DNA from: Rebecca billardiae RCC1528
Lineage: Eukaryota; Protista; Haptophyta
Reading direction: 5' to 3'
Assembly (NCBI GenBank): GCA_965240325.2
Contig: OZ251235.1
Span: forward strand, 744,001-808,000
DNA: 64,000 nt
Part shown: piece by piece, positions 1 through 12,051 of the stretch
Numbering within the stretch: position 1 is the stretch's first letter
Layout of the letters: each line of letters begins with the position of its first letter
The notes under the pieces: model-generated
Seen by the model: only the letters and a program-made list of their open reading frames with translations
The model's database searches: none
What the model was told of the DNA's origin: nothing
Made by a program: the position numbers and the translations under genes

Positions 1-69
1 CGCCGGAGACCGCGCGTCGATGGGCGCGAGCGCCGCGCCGGCCGTGAGCAGCGCGGCCACGAACGTCAT
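1..69 (-). CDS. 5' end of a gene running off the window; N-terminal signal-peptide-like sequence
   Basis: The reverse complement of 1-69 reads MTFVAALLTAGAALAPIDARSPA, a hydrophobic leader; it lies head-to-head with the gene at 469. Confidence 0.45.
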   Translation of the reverse strand, partial: MTFVAALLTAGAALAPIDARSPA

Positions 70-468
70 GGCGGGCGTCTTCGCGCGATGATTGCGCACG
101 GCCGCTCCTCACAAACTCCCGCGCGTTTTTTCTGCCGCGCTGCGCACCACTCGCGACGAAGATTTCGCAGCAGATTATATTGAAGCGCGCGCCCAGCTGC
201 CCGCAACTGAAGCAGGTCATCTGCAAACAGACACCGCAGCACCGGACTCCTCCTCGTCGGGCCGGCCGCAACAGCAAACTGCGAAGAGCCCGGGCGCGAG
301 GGCGGAAAAAAGCAGCCGAATCAGGGCCGACAGCCTGCACTCCTGCAGCAGTGCAGCAGCCGACGAGCTGCATCGCAAGCATCCAGCCACTCGGCTCGAC
401 GTCCGCGCGGCGCGCGCAGCAGCGAGAGGGTGTGGGGCGCGTGACCCGGCCCGTGCCGCATCGTCACC

Positions 469-2900
469 ATGCCCCCCCACTCGCCCGCGATGGGCCAGTC
501 CGGCGGCGTCCCCGTCACCGAGATGCTCGTGATCGACGAGATTGCAACCTGGGTGTCTGAGCTCGTGACCGAGTCGCTCTGCACGTGGGTGCAGCACACG
601 AACGCGGTGCACGCGGCGACCGGCGCGCCGGTGCACCACTCTGCCGGCCCGAAGCGCGCGAGCGACGCCCTCCGCCTCGCCGTCGCCGACCTCACCGCCT
701 CGCTCGGCGCGTGGATGGACGGGCTGACCGAGCGGCGCAACGCGATGGCCGCGCGGTACGCGGACACGGTGAGCATCGAGAAGGCGCTGCGCGCGCACGG
801 CACGCTGAGCGTGCACATCCGCTCCGCGAGCGGCATCACCACCGCCGACCCGCGCAAGCCGCCCGACACGTACGCAGACGTGATTGTACACGGCATGAAC
901 AAGCGCACGCGCGCCGTGCACAAGACCAGCAGCCCGCAGTGGGACCAGGCGCTCACGTTCGAGGGGCAGCTCGCGCAGCTGATCGAGAAGCCAATGGCCG
1001 TTGGGGTGCGCGCGCGCGCGCGGCCGCGCGCGGCCGCCGCGCGCCACGCGCGCGCACGCGCGGGAGCGCGCGGCCGCGCTCACCGCGCGCGCTCGCTCGC
1101 GCGCCGCGCGCGCGCCGCCGCCGGCCGCGCACACGACAGGTGCGGCAGGAGGGCCCGGGCGCGGCGGTGCTGGGGCAGGTGATCCTGCACCTGTCCGACC
1201 TGCTGCGCGACCCGTCGGTGCTCAGCGCCTCGTGGGAGGACCTGCCGCTCTCGACGCGCGAGGGCCTCACGCGCGGCTCTCTGTCGATGGGCGTGTCGTT
1301 TCTGCCCGCGGCCCTCTCGGATGACGTGGTGCTGCGGCAGGCGGGCAAGCTGCGGCTGCGCATCGACCGCGCGTTCGACCTGCCGCTGCACGAGCTGCGC
1401 GAGCAGAACTGCATCATCCGCGTCACCGCCGCCGGCTCGCAGCGCCAGACCGCGCCCGTGCAGATCGACATCTCGAACGAACCCGCATGGTACCACGAGG
1501 CGCTTTCGTTTGAGGGGACCCTGGCGGACTTTGCGCTGGGCACGCTCGGCGTGGAGGTGCACGTGCAGGCGCCGGTGGGCGTGGCGCCGGACGACGACGA
1601 GGGGCTCATCATGCTCGCGGCGGGCACCTTCTCCCCGCCCTTCTCCGCGCCCGACCTCGAGCTGATGGCCACGGAGGTGCACGGCGTCCGCACCTCCGTG
1701 CCGCTGCGGCCGCGCGGCCGGGTGCTGCTCTCCTATGAGTGGACCGAGACGGCGCAGGTGCCGGTGGCGGAGGAGCTGCACCGCAAGTACCCGCTGCTGC
1801 GCCCCGCGCTGCGCATCCGGCAGCAGAAGCAAGAGGTGCCCATCGGTGCGCGCGCGCCGCGCGCCGCGCGCGCCGCGCACGCCGCGCCGCTCGCGCCACG
1901 CCGCCCGCCGCGCGTCTCACGCGCCGCGCCGCGCCGCCCGCCCCCGCCGTGCGCGCGTCGCGTCGCAGAGGTGCTGCTCGAGCACCCGTCTGGGCGCAGC
2001 TCCTTCCGCGCGTTCCTCGCCGCGGAGGAGTCGTACCACGCCAGCCTCGCGCGCGAGCGCCGCGCGAGCGCCAAGGCGCTCGACTGCTACCTGGCGATCC
2101 GGCAGCACATGGTGGTCTGCTCCTCCGCTTCTCACGAGGGGCCCTCCTCCTCGCCCAGCCGCGTGAAGGGGGCGAGCGCGCACGCCGTGTTCAGCCGGTA
2201 CCTCAAGGCGGAGTCGAAGGACATGCTCGAGCCGCCGCCGCCGCCCGCCGTCGTGCAGGCCCTCACCGTCGCCATGCTCAAGGGCGAGTACTCGGCGTTC
2301 ATGTTTGCGGACGTGACCACGCACGTGTTGGGCGTGCTCGCGGCAGGCGGGTTCCGCCGGTACGTCAACTCGAGCTACTTCTCCGAGCTGCTGCGCGCGC
2401 TCTCGCGCTCGCCGGTGCACGAGGTGGAGGACGACGGGCCGGGCATCCCCGCGTACGCGCGGCCCAAGGACCCCTTCGCCTCGCCCTCGTCCGCGCGCAC
2501 CGGGCCGCGCAGCCCGGCGCTGCACGCGTACGATGCGCTCCGCTCCGAGCGCTTCAAGGAGGGGCTGACGGAGCGGCGCTCGGACGACCTCCGCCGGCTG
2601 CAGGAGCTGCGCAGGCAGAACGCGGACGAGCTGGCCAAGTACCGCGCGGCGATGGAGGGCGCGCCCAACGGCACCTCCGACGTGCACGCGCTGCAGGAGG
2701 CGGCGCGGCGCGCGGCGAGCGAGCGCATCGTCGCGTCTGGCATGGCGTCGCCCGCGTCGGCCGCGCCCTATTACCGCGGCGGCGGCGGCGGCTCGACGCC
2801 GCCGCCGCGTGTGCGCGCGCCGGAGACGCCGAGCAAGCCGGCGCCGCCGCGCAGCAGCACGCCGCCGCCCGCGCACGCCGCCTCTCGCGGCCCCGCGACC

Positions 2901-2932
<32 letters not shown>

Positions 2933-3518
2933 CGCGTCCGCCAAGACGGAGGCGTCGGCGGGCAGGCCCGGCGGCGGCGGCAGCGGCGGCAGCGGCGGCA
3001 GCGGTGGGCGCGGCGGCGCGAGCGCGGCCGGCAGCGCGGCGCAGAGCAGGCCCCGATCCGAGCGCGCGTCCGACGAGAGGCCCTCCTCCGCGCAGGCGCC
3101 GCCGAGCCCGCCCCGCCAGCAGGCGGCGCGGGAGAGCAACTCGCCGGCCGGCGGCGGCAGCGGCTCTCCGGCCGGCGGCGGCGGCGGCGGCGCAACCAAG
3201 GCGGCGCGGAGCGTGTCGTGGTCGCGGGGCGTGGGCGCGCGCCCCGCGAAGGAGGCCGCGCCGCCGTCGATGCTGCGGAGGGTCTTCTCGAAGGGCTCGG
3301 GCAAGTCGCCCACGCCGTCGAACGAAGGCTCGCCCCGCGCGGGCGACTCGACGATCTACACGCCCGCGCCCGGCCATGGCGGCACGCCTCCGCTCGCGAC
3401 GAGCCAGAGCGCAGACGCGGCGGGCGAGGCGGGCAGCAGGGGTGGCACGCCGAGGGCGAGCGACGAGAAGAAGAAGCGCTCCATCTTCTCCCGGAGCGGC
3501 GGCGGTGTCAAGCTCTGA
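469..3518 (+). CDS. C2-C2-RGS domain protein with low-complexity C-terminal tail (introns 1006-1139, 1846-1968)
   Basis: Two C2-like segments (GTLSVHIRSASGI...SSPQWDQALTF; GKLRLRIDRAFDL...NEPAWYHEALSF) and an RGS-like segment (EVLLEHPSGRSSFRAFL...LDCYLAI...VFSRYL...FRRYVNSSYF). GT-AG introns join ORFs 469..1182 and 585..3518 in frame. Confidence 0.75.
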
Positions 3519-4315
3519 GACACGTCCGCAGCCAGCGCTCCTCGGCGGCGCTGCCAGCCCTGCGCGCCGCGCGGCCTGCGGGCCCGTCCCTGCCTCACGT
3601 CGGACTCGGAGTGGTGCGCTCGGCCTGGCCACTCCGCCTGGGCCTGCCTGGCTCTGGACTCCGCGCCGCGCTGCCAGCAGTCAGCAGCACGGCAGCGTCG
3701 GGCAGCACGCAATGCGTATCCGCCGCGGTGTCGGAGACGGCCAGCTGGCGGCCGGCGGCACTCGATCCGCAGCCGCGCCCTCGTCCGGACTACTGTCGTG
3801 GGGCCCCGACGCCGCGCGCATCGTCGACGTCACTGACGCTCATCGTCGCGGCGCATCTATCAGCAGTACGTAGGCGTGACACCCTGACGTGACGACTGAC
3901 GAGTGACTCGTGTCTCGTCACGAGTGACGTGACGAGCTAGCGCATATTATCGAGCGGCGGCGCGCGGCATCGATGCTGATGAATCGCGAATTCGATGCGG
4001 CGGCGCAGCGGTTCCAGTCGGATGACGGGCCCAGGTTTTTCCGGGTATTTTTTGCGGTGTTCTCATTGGCTGCTTAAAACCCATGCCACACTCTCATTGG
4101 CTCTCACAAGCGCAGGCACGAGCGCCAGCCAATCGCGTGCCTCCCTCGATTTACCCAGAAAAAGACTCTCGTCCAATGAGATGTGAGAGCTCCTTCTGCC
4201 AATATCATCTGCTAAAACTGCTGATAAATACATTAAAATTTAAATACCTTTGTAACATCAATTATAAAATTAAATGCGAGTGTAAGTTTTGCTGGACCGA
4301 GTCGTCAGCGGGCTG

Positions 4316-4794
4316 TCCGGACAGTCCGGGGTTCTATCCACCCCCCTCACTGAACAAGTGAACATTGAACAGAACATTGCGAGCCACCGGACATCATTGA
4401 GTCCGGACGGGCTGACAATCCGGACAGTCCGGGGTTCTATCCACCCCCCTCACTGAACAAGTGAACAGAACAGAACATTGAGCCACCGGATATCATTGAG
4501 TCCGGACGGCTGATCCGGACAGTCCGGGGTTCTATCCACCCCCCTCACTGAACAAGTGCCACTACTCAATTCAAGTGAACAGAACAGAACATTGAGCCAC
4601 CGGACATCATTGAGTCCGGACGGGCTGACAATCCGGACAGTCCGGGGTTCTATCCATCCCCCTCACTGAACAAGTGAACAGAACAGAACATTGAGCCACC
4701 GGATATCATTGAGTCCGGACGGCTGATCCGGACAGTCCGGGGTTCTATCCACCCCCCTCACTGAACAAGTGAACAGAACAGAACATTGAGCCAG
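4316..4794 (+). repeat. Tandem array of ~95-118-bp units (4 full + 1 partial)
   Basis: Units start with tccggacagtccggggttctatcca at 4316, 4419, 4514, 4632 and 4727. Confidence 0.95.
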
Positions 4795-5293
4795 GTTTCG
4801 TCGGCTGCGGTTTGACGCGCGATGGCGGGCCGTTTGAAAAAGGCACGCTGGCACGACGACTTGGTCTCGGCTTGCTCGCGGGCGCACGCGGCCTCGCTCA
4901 GCACGGCGCGAGCTCCTGCGGCCGTCTAAGCACGCGCAGAGGCGACGCGCGGGGCTGGGTAGGTGGTAGAGAAGGCCTGTCGCCCTCCTCCGCCGCGCGC
5001 CTTGCTCGCCGCCGCTTTCGCCGCACCTTAGGCCAGCGCGCACGCGCGCGCCGCCTCCAGAGCCAGCCTCGGGCACGCGGCAGCCGCCCGCGCATGTGTG
5101 GTGCGCGGTCTGGTCGGCGCGAGTCGGTTGGGGCGATCGGGCGAGGCGGGTGAGGTATGCATACTGTAGACGCGCGCCATGACGCCTCGCGCCGCGTGGC
5201 ACGCTGCCGTCGGAGGACTCCACGATCAGCTGATTACATTTGCTAACGCAATTGTTGCAGCTTGAAGCGTCTTCTGGTTGCTCTGCTCCGCGT

Positions 5294-5600
5294 CCCTCCT
5301 GGGGCGGGAGCACCACGGTGCGGGAGCACCGAGTCAGATGCAGAGGCGCCAAGTCGGGCGCGAGAGCACCAAGTCGGGCCGGGCAGCACTACCTGTTCTG
5401 GGCGTGGGAGTGGTCACGGCTCGCTGGGCCTCCGGCCCTGCTCGGTAGGCAGCCGGCGCTCCGCGCCTCTGCCCCCAGGGCGCTACGCGCCCGAAATTAA
5501 TCCCCTCTTGGGGCGGGAGCACCAAGTAGCGGGAGCACCAAGTGGCGAGAACACCAGCCAAGTAGCTGGAGCACTGAGTAGGGCGGGAGCACCGAGCAGG
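5294..5600 (+). repeat. Two clusters of degenerate ~16-18-bp gcgggagcaccaagt repeats
   Basis: Each cluster opens with tccc(c)tc(c/t)tggggcgggagcacca (5294 and 5501), followed by several diverged copies. Confidence 0.75.
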
Positions 5601-5652
5601 GCTGGCGGCGCTTGCCCTGCGCGCTCTCGGCGTGGGCGCGCGCGCCGCGCCC

Positions 5653-6680
5653 GGCACGCCGTCGTGCCCGCACTGCCCGCACTAGTCTCGGCCGCGGGCG
5701 CGGCGCGCGCGGGCGGCTGCGTGGCGGCGCGCGCGTCGCTGGCGCACGCGCACTGCAAGCGCTCGTCGCGGCGGGGTGGCCGGCGGCGGAGCAGCTGCCG
5801 GCGCTGGTGGGCGCGGCGACGGCCGCGCTGCGCGCCGCCGACGCACCCGCCGCGCGTGCCGCCGCTCGGCGCCGCGCTCGGCGCGGCCTCGCGGTGCTGT
5901 GCGGCGAGCTCGGCGCGGGCGGCGCGGGCACGTACTCGGCGCGGGCGGCGCGGCGCGGGCGTGTTCCGCGCGCGCGCCGCACCCGGCATGCCGTCACGCC
6001 CGCGCTGCCCGCGCTCGTCTGCCGCGCGGCCGCGGCGCGCGCGGAGGGCTACGCGGCGGCGCGCGCGGCATTGGCGCACGCGCTGTGCGGGCTCGTCGCG
6101 GCAGGGCGGCCGGCGGCGGAGCAGCTGCCGGCGCTGGTGGGCGCGGCGACGGGCGCGTTGCGCGCCGCCGAGACGCCCACCGCGCGCGCCGCGCTCGGCG
6201 CCGCGCTCGGCGCGGCCTCGCGGCGCTGTGCACCGAGCTCGGCGCGGGCCGCGCGGGCGCGTGCAACGCACACGCTGCGCTGGGCACGCCGTCGCGCCCG
6301 CAGCCCGCGCTCGTCTCGGACGTGGCCGCGGCGCGCGCGGACGGCTGAGCGGCGGCGCGCGCGGCACTGGCGCACGCGCTGTGCGGGCTCGTCGCGGCGG
6401 GGCGGCCGGCGGCGGAGCAGCTGCCGGCGCTGGTGGGCGGGGCGACGGGCGCGCTGCGACGCGCCGCCGACACGCCCGCCGCGCGAGCCGCGCTCGGCGC
6501 CGCGCTCGGCGCGGCCTCGCGGCACTGTGCGCCGAGCTCGGCGCGGGCGGCGCGGGCGCGTGCAACGCCGCGCTGCTCGAGCTGCCGGCGGCGGCGCAGC
6601 TGCGCGCGCTCGGTGCGCTGCTCGGGGCGAGCCGTCGCGCGGGAGCCATCGTGCGCGGCGAGCTCAACGCAGGCGGGCTG
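5653..6680 (+). pseudogene. Triplicated, frameshifted fragment of an alpha-helical (HEAT/ARM-like) protein gene
   Basis: Three ~300-330-bp copies (~5653, ~5985, ~6283) each encode ALAHALCGLVAAGRPAAEQLPALVGAATxALRAA in shifting frames. Confidence 0.55.
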
Positions 6681-7154
6681 GGCTGGCTCAATGTTCTGTT
6701 CTGTTCAGTGGTTCTGTGGAGGACCCAAATAGAACACCGGATTCCCGGCCGCCGGAGTTTCAATTCTTTTCTTTTACCAGCAGCATCGTCCTGAAGAAGA
6801 TTTTCTTTTTTTAATAGATATTTTCTTTTCTTTTTAGCGGAAATGGCTTGGCTCAATGGTTCTATCCCTTTTTTGACAAATGGCTTTTTTTAGCTTGGGT
6901 ATATCTCCGGGCGAATCTCCGCTCAGAGACCAGCCAATGGCGTGCCGTGGACTGCTACTCAACTTTACCCAGAAAAAGTCGGGCCCGGATGGTCCAGTCG
7001 TCGTCGCCGCCGCGGCCGCGCACCGGCGCACTCGCCAGCTGTAGACGCTGTAGTCGTCCAGAGCCGCAACCGTGGGCGCCCAGCCGAGCCAAGCAGAATG
7101 CGCCACAGCCCACAGAGACTCCCTGAGAGCCAGCAGCCAGAGCCGTCGCGGCTG

Positions 7155-9847
7155 TCAGAGCCTGACCTCCCCTGCTTTGGCTGCGGCAGCGCTCGGCGGT
7201 GGCGCGGGTGCGGTCGCCCGTCTTTGCTCGTCAGCGGGGCTCGCCTTGACGGCGGCCGGCCCCGCCGCCTGCGTCTGCTCCGCTGCCTGCTGCTCCGCCT
7301 CCTCCTTCGCCTTCATCTCCTTGGCCACCTGCAGGATGAGCTGGCTCTTGCGCACGGGCTTGGGCGAGGAGGGCGCAGACGGGTACTGCTCGCTGTGCAG
7401 CATCTTCTCCACAAACGCCTTGAAGGTCGGGTTGGACTGCGCCTGCTCGCCGTAGTGCTGCGTCATCTCGCGCTGGATCACCTCCTGACACGACGCGGGC
7501 GCGCGCGCGCAGCCGGCGCGGCGGGGGCAGGCGGGGCGCGAGGGCGGCTGAGAGCCCGGCGCGTGCGGCGGCATGCACGGCGCCGCGCTCCACGCTCGGC
7601 CGCCCGGCTGCCGCGCGCGCGCGCCGCTCAGCGCCAATCACCTGAAACTGCCGCCCGCGCTTGCTGCTCATGCTGTCGCTGGCGAGGCGCGGCATGAAGA
7701 TCATCTTGTACAGCGTCTCGTTGAACTCGGCGTGCATCGCCATCAGCGGCAGGTCGTTGGCGTCCTGCACAGCGGCGGTCGCACGCCGGCGGCGCGCGGC
7801 GGGCGAGGCTGGAGTAAGTGGCGCGGCGCGGCCACCGCAGCCGCGCCCGGCCGCCTCGGCGCAACGATCGGCGCGGCGCGGCCACCGCGCGCGAGGGCGG
7901 CGCGCTGCGGCGTGCTGCGCGTGTGCACCTCTCCGAACGGGTCCTCCAGCTCCTCCGCCACCTCGTTGATCGCGACGAAGAAGAGCGAGGACAGGAAGGC
8001 GCACACCACCGCCACCATCACGTGCGACGTGAACGAGACGATCACCAGCGGGCACGTGAAGATGAAGTAGTACTTGATAAGACGCATCAGGTCGTAGAAG
8101 GGGAACTGAGCAGGGGAAGGGGGCGGCGCGTGGCGGGGGCGGAGTGGCCGCGGCGCGCGCGCACGCGACACAGGCGCGCGCGCGTGCGCCAGCCGCGGGT
8201 GAGGCCCAGACTCCCGGGGCGGAGGGTGCCGAGGGCGCAGCCGCTGAGGCTGGCAGGCCGTGGTGCCACGCACACGCACGACGCACGACGCCCGCGCACG
8301 GCCAGCGCGGCCTGTGCAGAGGGCGGCGTCCTAACCAACGCCGCGCAAGCTTGCTCGGCGCGGCAGCCACCACCCACTGCCGCCAGCCATGGCCGCGCGC
8401 CCGGCCGCGCGCAACGCGAGCCCGGCAAGGCTGTGCTGTGCGCGCGCGCGACGAGCGCCGCGCGGCCGCGCGCCCGTACCGGGAACGGATTCTGCGCGAT
8501 CTTCTGCGCAGTCGCGCACATCAGCGTGCCGTTGGAGATCTCCTGGAAGATGCGCGAGACGATCGGAGGCTGCGCGCACAGGACGGCGCCGCGCGGCCAG
8601 GGTTGAGCGCGCCGGCGCTCAGCACTCAGCGCGTGACGCGCTGTGCGCACGCGCGCGGGGCGCAGCGCGCGCACAGGGCGCGGAGCAGCAGCCAGTCTCG
8701 CGCACAGACGTGTGCGGCGCGCACACCGGCATCTGCAGGCCTCCGTTGGAGATCCGGTCGCAGATGAGGCGCACGACGCGCAGCTGTGTGAACTCGACCC
8801 AGCCGGCATCGCCGATGCCCTGCAGCTGGTCGTACTCGTGCGACTCCATGCCGCCGAGCACCTGGCAGCCGCGCGCGCGCACACCGCGGCACGTGCACAG
8901 ACGGCAGCCGGTGGCGAAGCAAGCGTGAGAGTTGGGCGTGGGAGCGTGGAGCGGTCGCCCAGAGCGGCGCGGGTACAGCCCCACCACGCAGGGCCCATGG
9001 GCGTGCGTACGGCACAGCCGTGCCCCAGGGGCAGGGCAGGAGCAGGGGCGGGGGCGTGCACACGCGCACAGCACACACACACCACTGCGCGCACACACAC
9101 CACTGCGCGCACACACACCACTGCGCGCACACACACCCCGGTGCGCACACACCTGCATCTGGATGTACTTGTACCGATCCTCGCCGCTGATCAGGCACGC
9201 GCGCAGCCACGGGAAGATGGCGGAGATGTACGAGATCTCGACCGAGACCTGCCGCGCCTGCTCCGTGACGAGGCAGCGCACGTCCCAGCAGCTCTTGATC
9301 TCGAGCATCGCGACCGCGTGCAGCAGCGAGAAGAGATGGCCGATGATGCACTTGAAGCCCATCACGTTCGGCGGCGGCTTGCCGGCGGTGGAGGGGTCGT
9401 CGAACGCGATGAGCATGGTGATCGAGTCGATGTACTTCTGACGCATGTTATGCACCATCGTCAGCCCCTCCCAGTCTGCCCGCGCCCGCGGCGTGGGAGG
9501 CGCGCAGTGCCCCAGTAAGCAAGGCTGCGCGGCCGCGCGCGGCACGCGCCTCGCCGCGGGCGCGCACATCGGTTGTAGGCCAGGTTGACGCGAAAGGCGA
9601 TCACGAATGAGATCGACAGAAGAGAGACCTGGTGCACGTACGGGTTGACCACGAGAGAGTAGATCACGCCCTCGCCGACGAGGCCGAGCACCGTGTCCTC
9701 GGTCGTGTCCTGCTCGGCAATCTCCGAGTGGATGATCATCAGCACGGTGATGACGACGGAGATGCACGCAAAGGGGATGGACCTCGGGAGGACCGATCCG
9801 ACGATCCGCGTCGTGCCGAACCACTCCGACTTGTCATAGTCGATCAT
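7155..9847 (-). CDS. Bestrophin-like (YneE/UPF0187-type) anion channel, 7 exons
   Basis: After splicing six GT-AG introns the protein contains FVIAFRVNLAYNRYWEG, PFPFPFYDL and AEELEDPFGEDANDLPL, which are bestrophin-family motifs. Confidence 0.9.
9072..9137. repeat. Intronic 18-bp minisatellite (cacacacaccactgcgcg, ~3.5 copies)
   Basis: Directly visible inside the second bestrophin intron. Confidence 0.85.
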
Positions 9848-10293
9848 TGTGTGCCTCGGTAGGCGCCCGGCCGGGCACAATGACCACAAGCCAGTCGGTC
9901 GTGGGCCGCGGGGCTTGCTGCCGCGCTTCCGTGCGCGGTGCCGAACAGATACGTGCGTAAAAATGCAAATACATCCAAAACATCAAACGGCACGCTTGAA
10001 TTGAATACAAGGCAGACAATAACGATGGGGGGCGCGCGCGCGCATGCAAAAGCAGCACGCAGACAGCGAGCTGAACTGCCAAGCTGGATGGACATTCTGA
10101 CATATAGAAGCTTGTTTCGTTTGTGAGCGTGACGCGCGCACAGTGGCGAAGCTTGCTGTGCACGATGAGGAGCTTCTGCTCGCGCGCACCGTCTCGCATT
10201 GCACCCCGCTCTCCAAGCGTGCCAGCACCGTGGCCTGCGGGGCGATGCCCGACCTCGGTCAAGCCAGCGCCATGCGGCACAAGGTGTGGCGGT

Positions 10294-11010
10294 TCAGCCC
10301 GACCGCGTCTGCACAAAATAGCCAGAGGCAGCGCCCTGCTCGCTATTCTGCCGAATGATCAGCATATCGTCATCCAGGTAGGACACGTCGAAGTAGCCGA
10401 TGCCCTCGCGCGCCTGCTGCGCGGCCGGGCCGTCCGGGCCAAATGGGAACGGCAGCTGCAGCTTGGGCAGCTCGAACGAGGCGACGCTGTCCGAGCCAAA
10501 CAGCGAGAGTGGTTGGCCGCCGAACTCCTCAAACGAGAGGCCGACGCGCGTGCTCGAGCGCACGATCGAGCGCGTGTACACCTTGAGACGGAAGGTCGAG
10601 TCGAGCCCGCCCGCGATCGCTGGCGGGAGGGCGGACAGGGCCCGTGGTGCCACGTCAATCATGTTCACAATGGCGGGCGGGTCGGTGATGTCCTGGAAGA
10701 TGCTGCCCACGCTCACGAGCGGGTTGGCGCCAAGGGACGTCACGTCGGCCCCGGACGCATAGAGCAGCTCCCACAGCCCGACGATCGTTGGCTCCCCTGG
10801 CGGTGCGCCGTACGGCTGCAGCCCATCCGTCGGGCTTGTCGCTGGGCTCACCGCTTCAAGCTGCGCAACGAGCCCATCGATCTTGGTGCGATCGCTGGGG
10901 CGCGCGGAGAAGCCTCGGTCGCACAGAGCGCACGCTCGAAGGAGGTCTGCTTTGAGTGGCGAGATTGAGGAGACTGCTGTCAGGCCTGCGAGGGCGAGCA
11001 CCACGGCCAT
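10294..11010 (-). CDS. Plastid lipid-associated protein / fibrillin
   Basis: Signal peptide, then LKADLL...DRGF...IDGLVAQLEA, GLWELLYAS and YFDVSYLDDDMLIIR, matching the PAP_fibrillin pattern. Confidence 0.85.
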   Translation of the reverse strand: MAVVLALAGLTAVSSISPLKADLLRACALCDRGFSARPSDRTKIDGLVAQLEAVSPATSPTDGLQPYGAPPGEPTIVGLWELLYASGADVTSLGANPLVSVGSIFQDITDPPAIVNMIDVAPRALSALPPAIAGGLDSTFRLKVYTRSIVRSSTRVGLSFEEFGGQPLSLFGSDSVASFELPKLQLPFPFGPDGPAAQQAREGIGYFDVSYLDDDMLIIRQNSEQGAASGYFVQTRSG

Positions 11011-11104
11011 GCTGGAGGCGCGGCCGTGAATTGCGCGTCCAGGTGGAATTCAGTAATTCACCCGGATTCCTGGTCCCGGAGCAGGGTGACTGAGTGTGCC
11101 CAGC

Positions 11105-11500
11105 ATGCCGGTCTTCGTCCCGCGCACGCACGCGTTCCGCTGCGCACCCAACGAGGTGCCAACGGACGTGGTGAAGATCGCATACTCTGACCGTGTATTG
11201 CTAATCGTCACGCAGACGGGCAAACCTGGGACGGTGATGCACGTTGGCGCCGAGCTCGACCCGATCCACGGCCCAGCTGGCGATGCAGAGCCTCGCATTC
11301 TCCTCGGCCAGCGAAATGAGCTCGCGCTGGACGTGTACGCACGACGGCTGCGAGATCTGGTGTGCGCGCACGACGGTCTTCCGCTCCTACTTTCCATAGC
11401 GCTCGTCGAGTACTCGCCATCCGCGCTGAATGCGCTCCTCGCCGAGCTTGAACAACACATTACGTCTGGCCGGGCTGGGATGCCACGGGTGTCAACATGA
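11105..11500 (+). CDS. PSMG3: Proteasome assembly chaperone 3
   Basis: TDVVKIAYSDRVLLIVTQTGKPGT...ILLG...YARRL...LLLSIAL matches the PAC3 pattern; first ATG is at 11105. Confidence 0.8.
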   Translation: MPVFVPRTHAFRCAPNEVPTDVVKIAYSDRVLLIVTQTGKPGTVMHVGAELDPIHGPAGDAEPRILLGQRNELALDVYARRLRDLVCAHDGLPLLLSIALVEYSPSALNALLAELEQHITSGRAGMPRVST

Positions 11501-12051
11501 TCGATGCAGCATTTATCTCATCAAAGATCACGGCGTGACGCTCCAGGCGCTGAAACGACGTACTCTTTTCGATTGGCGCACGGCGCAGCAGCAGCATCAA
11601 CATTGAATTGTTCGCGCGATGGGTGCGTCGCGATGGTCCGAGGCCGGGGCCCGGGCGCAGTTCCGACCGAGTCACGACGACTGTCACTGACGAATTTGAG
11701 ACAGCATTTTTAACGCTACTTCACTCATAACTAGCTACTTGTCTACTAGTACAGCAAGCTGCGTTGTGCCAGATTTCGCGGCAGCCACCGCCGCCGGGAC
11801 CGGACGATAGGCAGACCCGCGCAGGGCGGGCCGGGACTCAACATCGGCATCACACCGATGACATGACACTGTGATGACACACATGGCGCGGGCATCGGGA
11901 CTCCCTAATGCGGGTAGTCACTTGGGCCTCAGGGCCCGCGACGAGGATCAAGTCGGACCGCGTGTCCGTTCGGAGGCGGTCGGAGCGGTTCAGAGACCGT
12001 CTGACGAACGTCAATGACGAACAACGAACCGGAACTCGTCATATATATATA

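Larger units (their letters stand above)
4028..6986. mobile_element. Putative non-autonomous TIR element with subterminal tandem repeats and triplicated gene-fragment cargo
   Basis: Imperfect terminal IR (gggcccaggttttttccgggta vs tacccagaaaaagtcgggccc), a perfect inner 25-bp IR at 4770-4794/6683-6707, AT-rich ends, and no transposase. No clean TSD, so the outer boundaries are uncertain. Confidence 0.5.

Noticed and set aside
4316-4794. CRISPR-like array
   Set aside because: The units are near-identical along their whole length with no unique spacers; there are no cas genes and the context is eukaryotic.
7155-9847. Thylakoid bestrophin of the CO2-concentrating mechanism
   Set aside because: There is no signal or transit peptide; the protein starts directly at the conserved domain.
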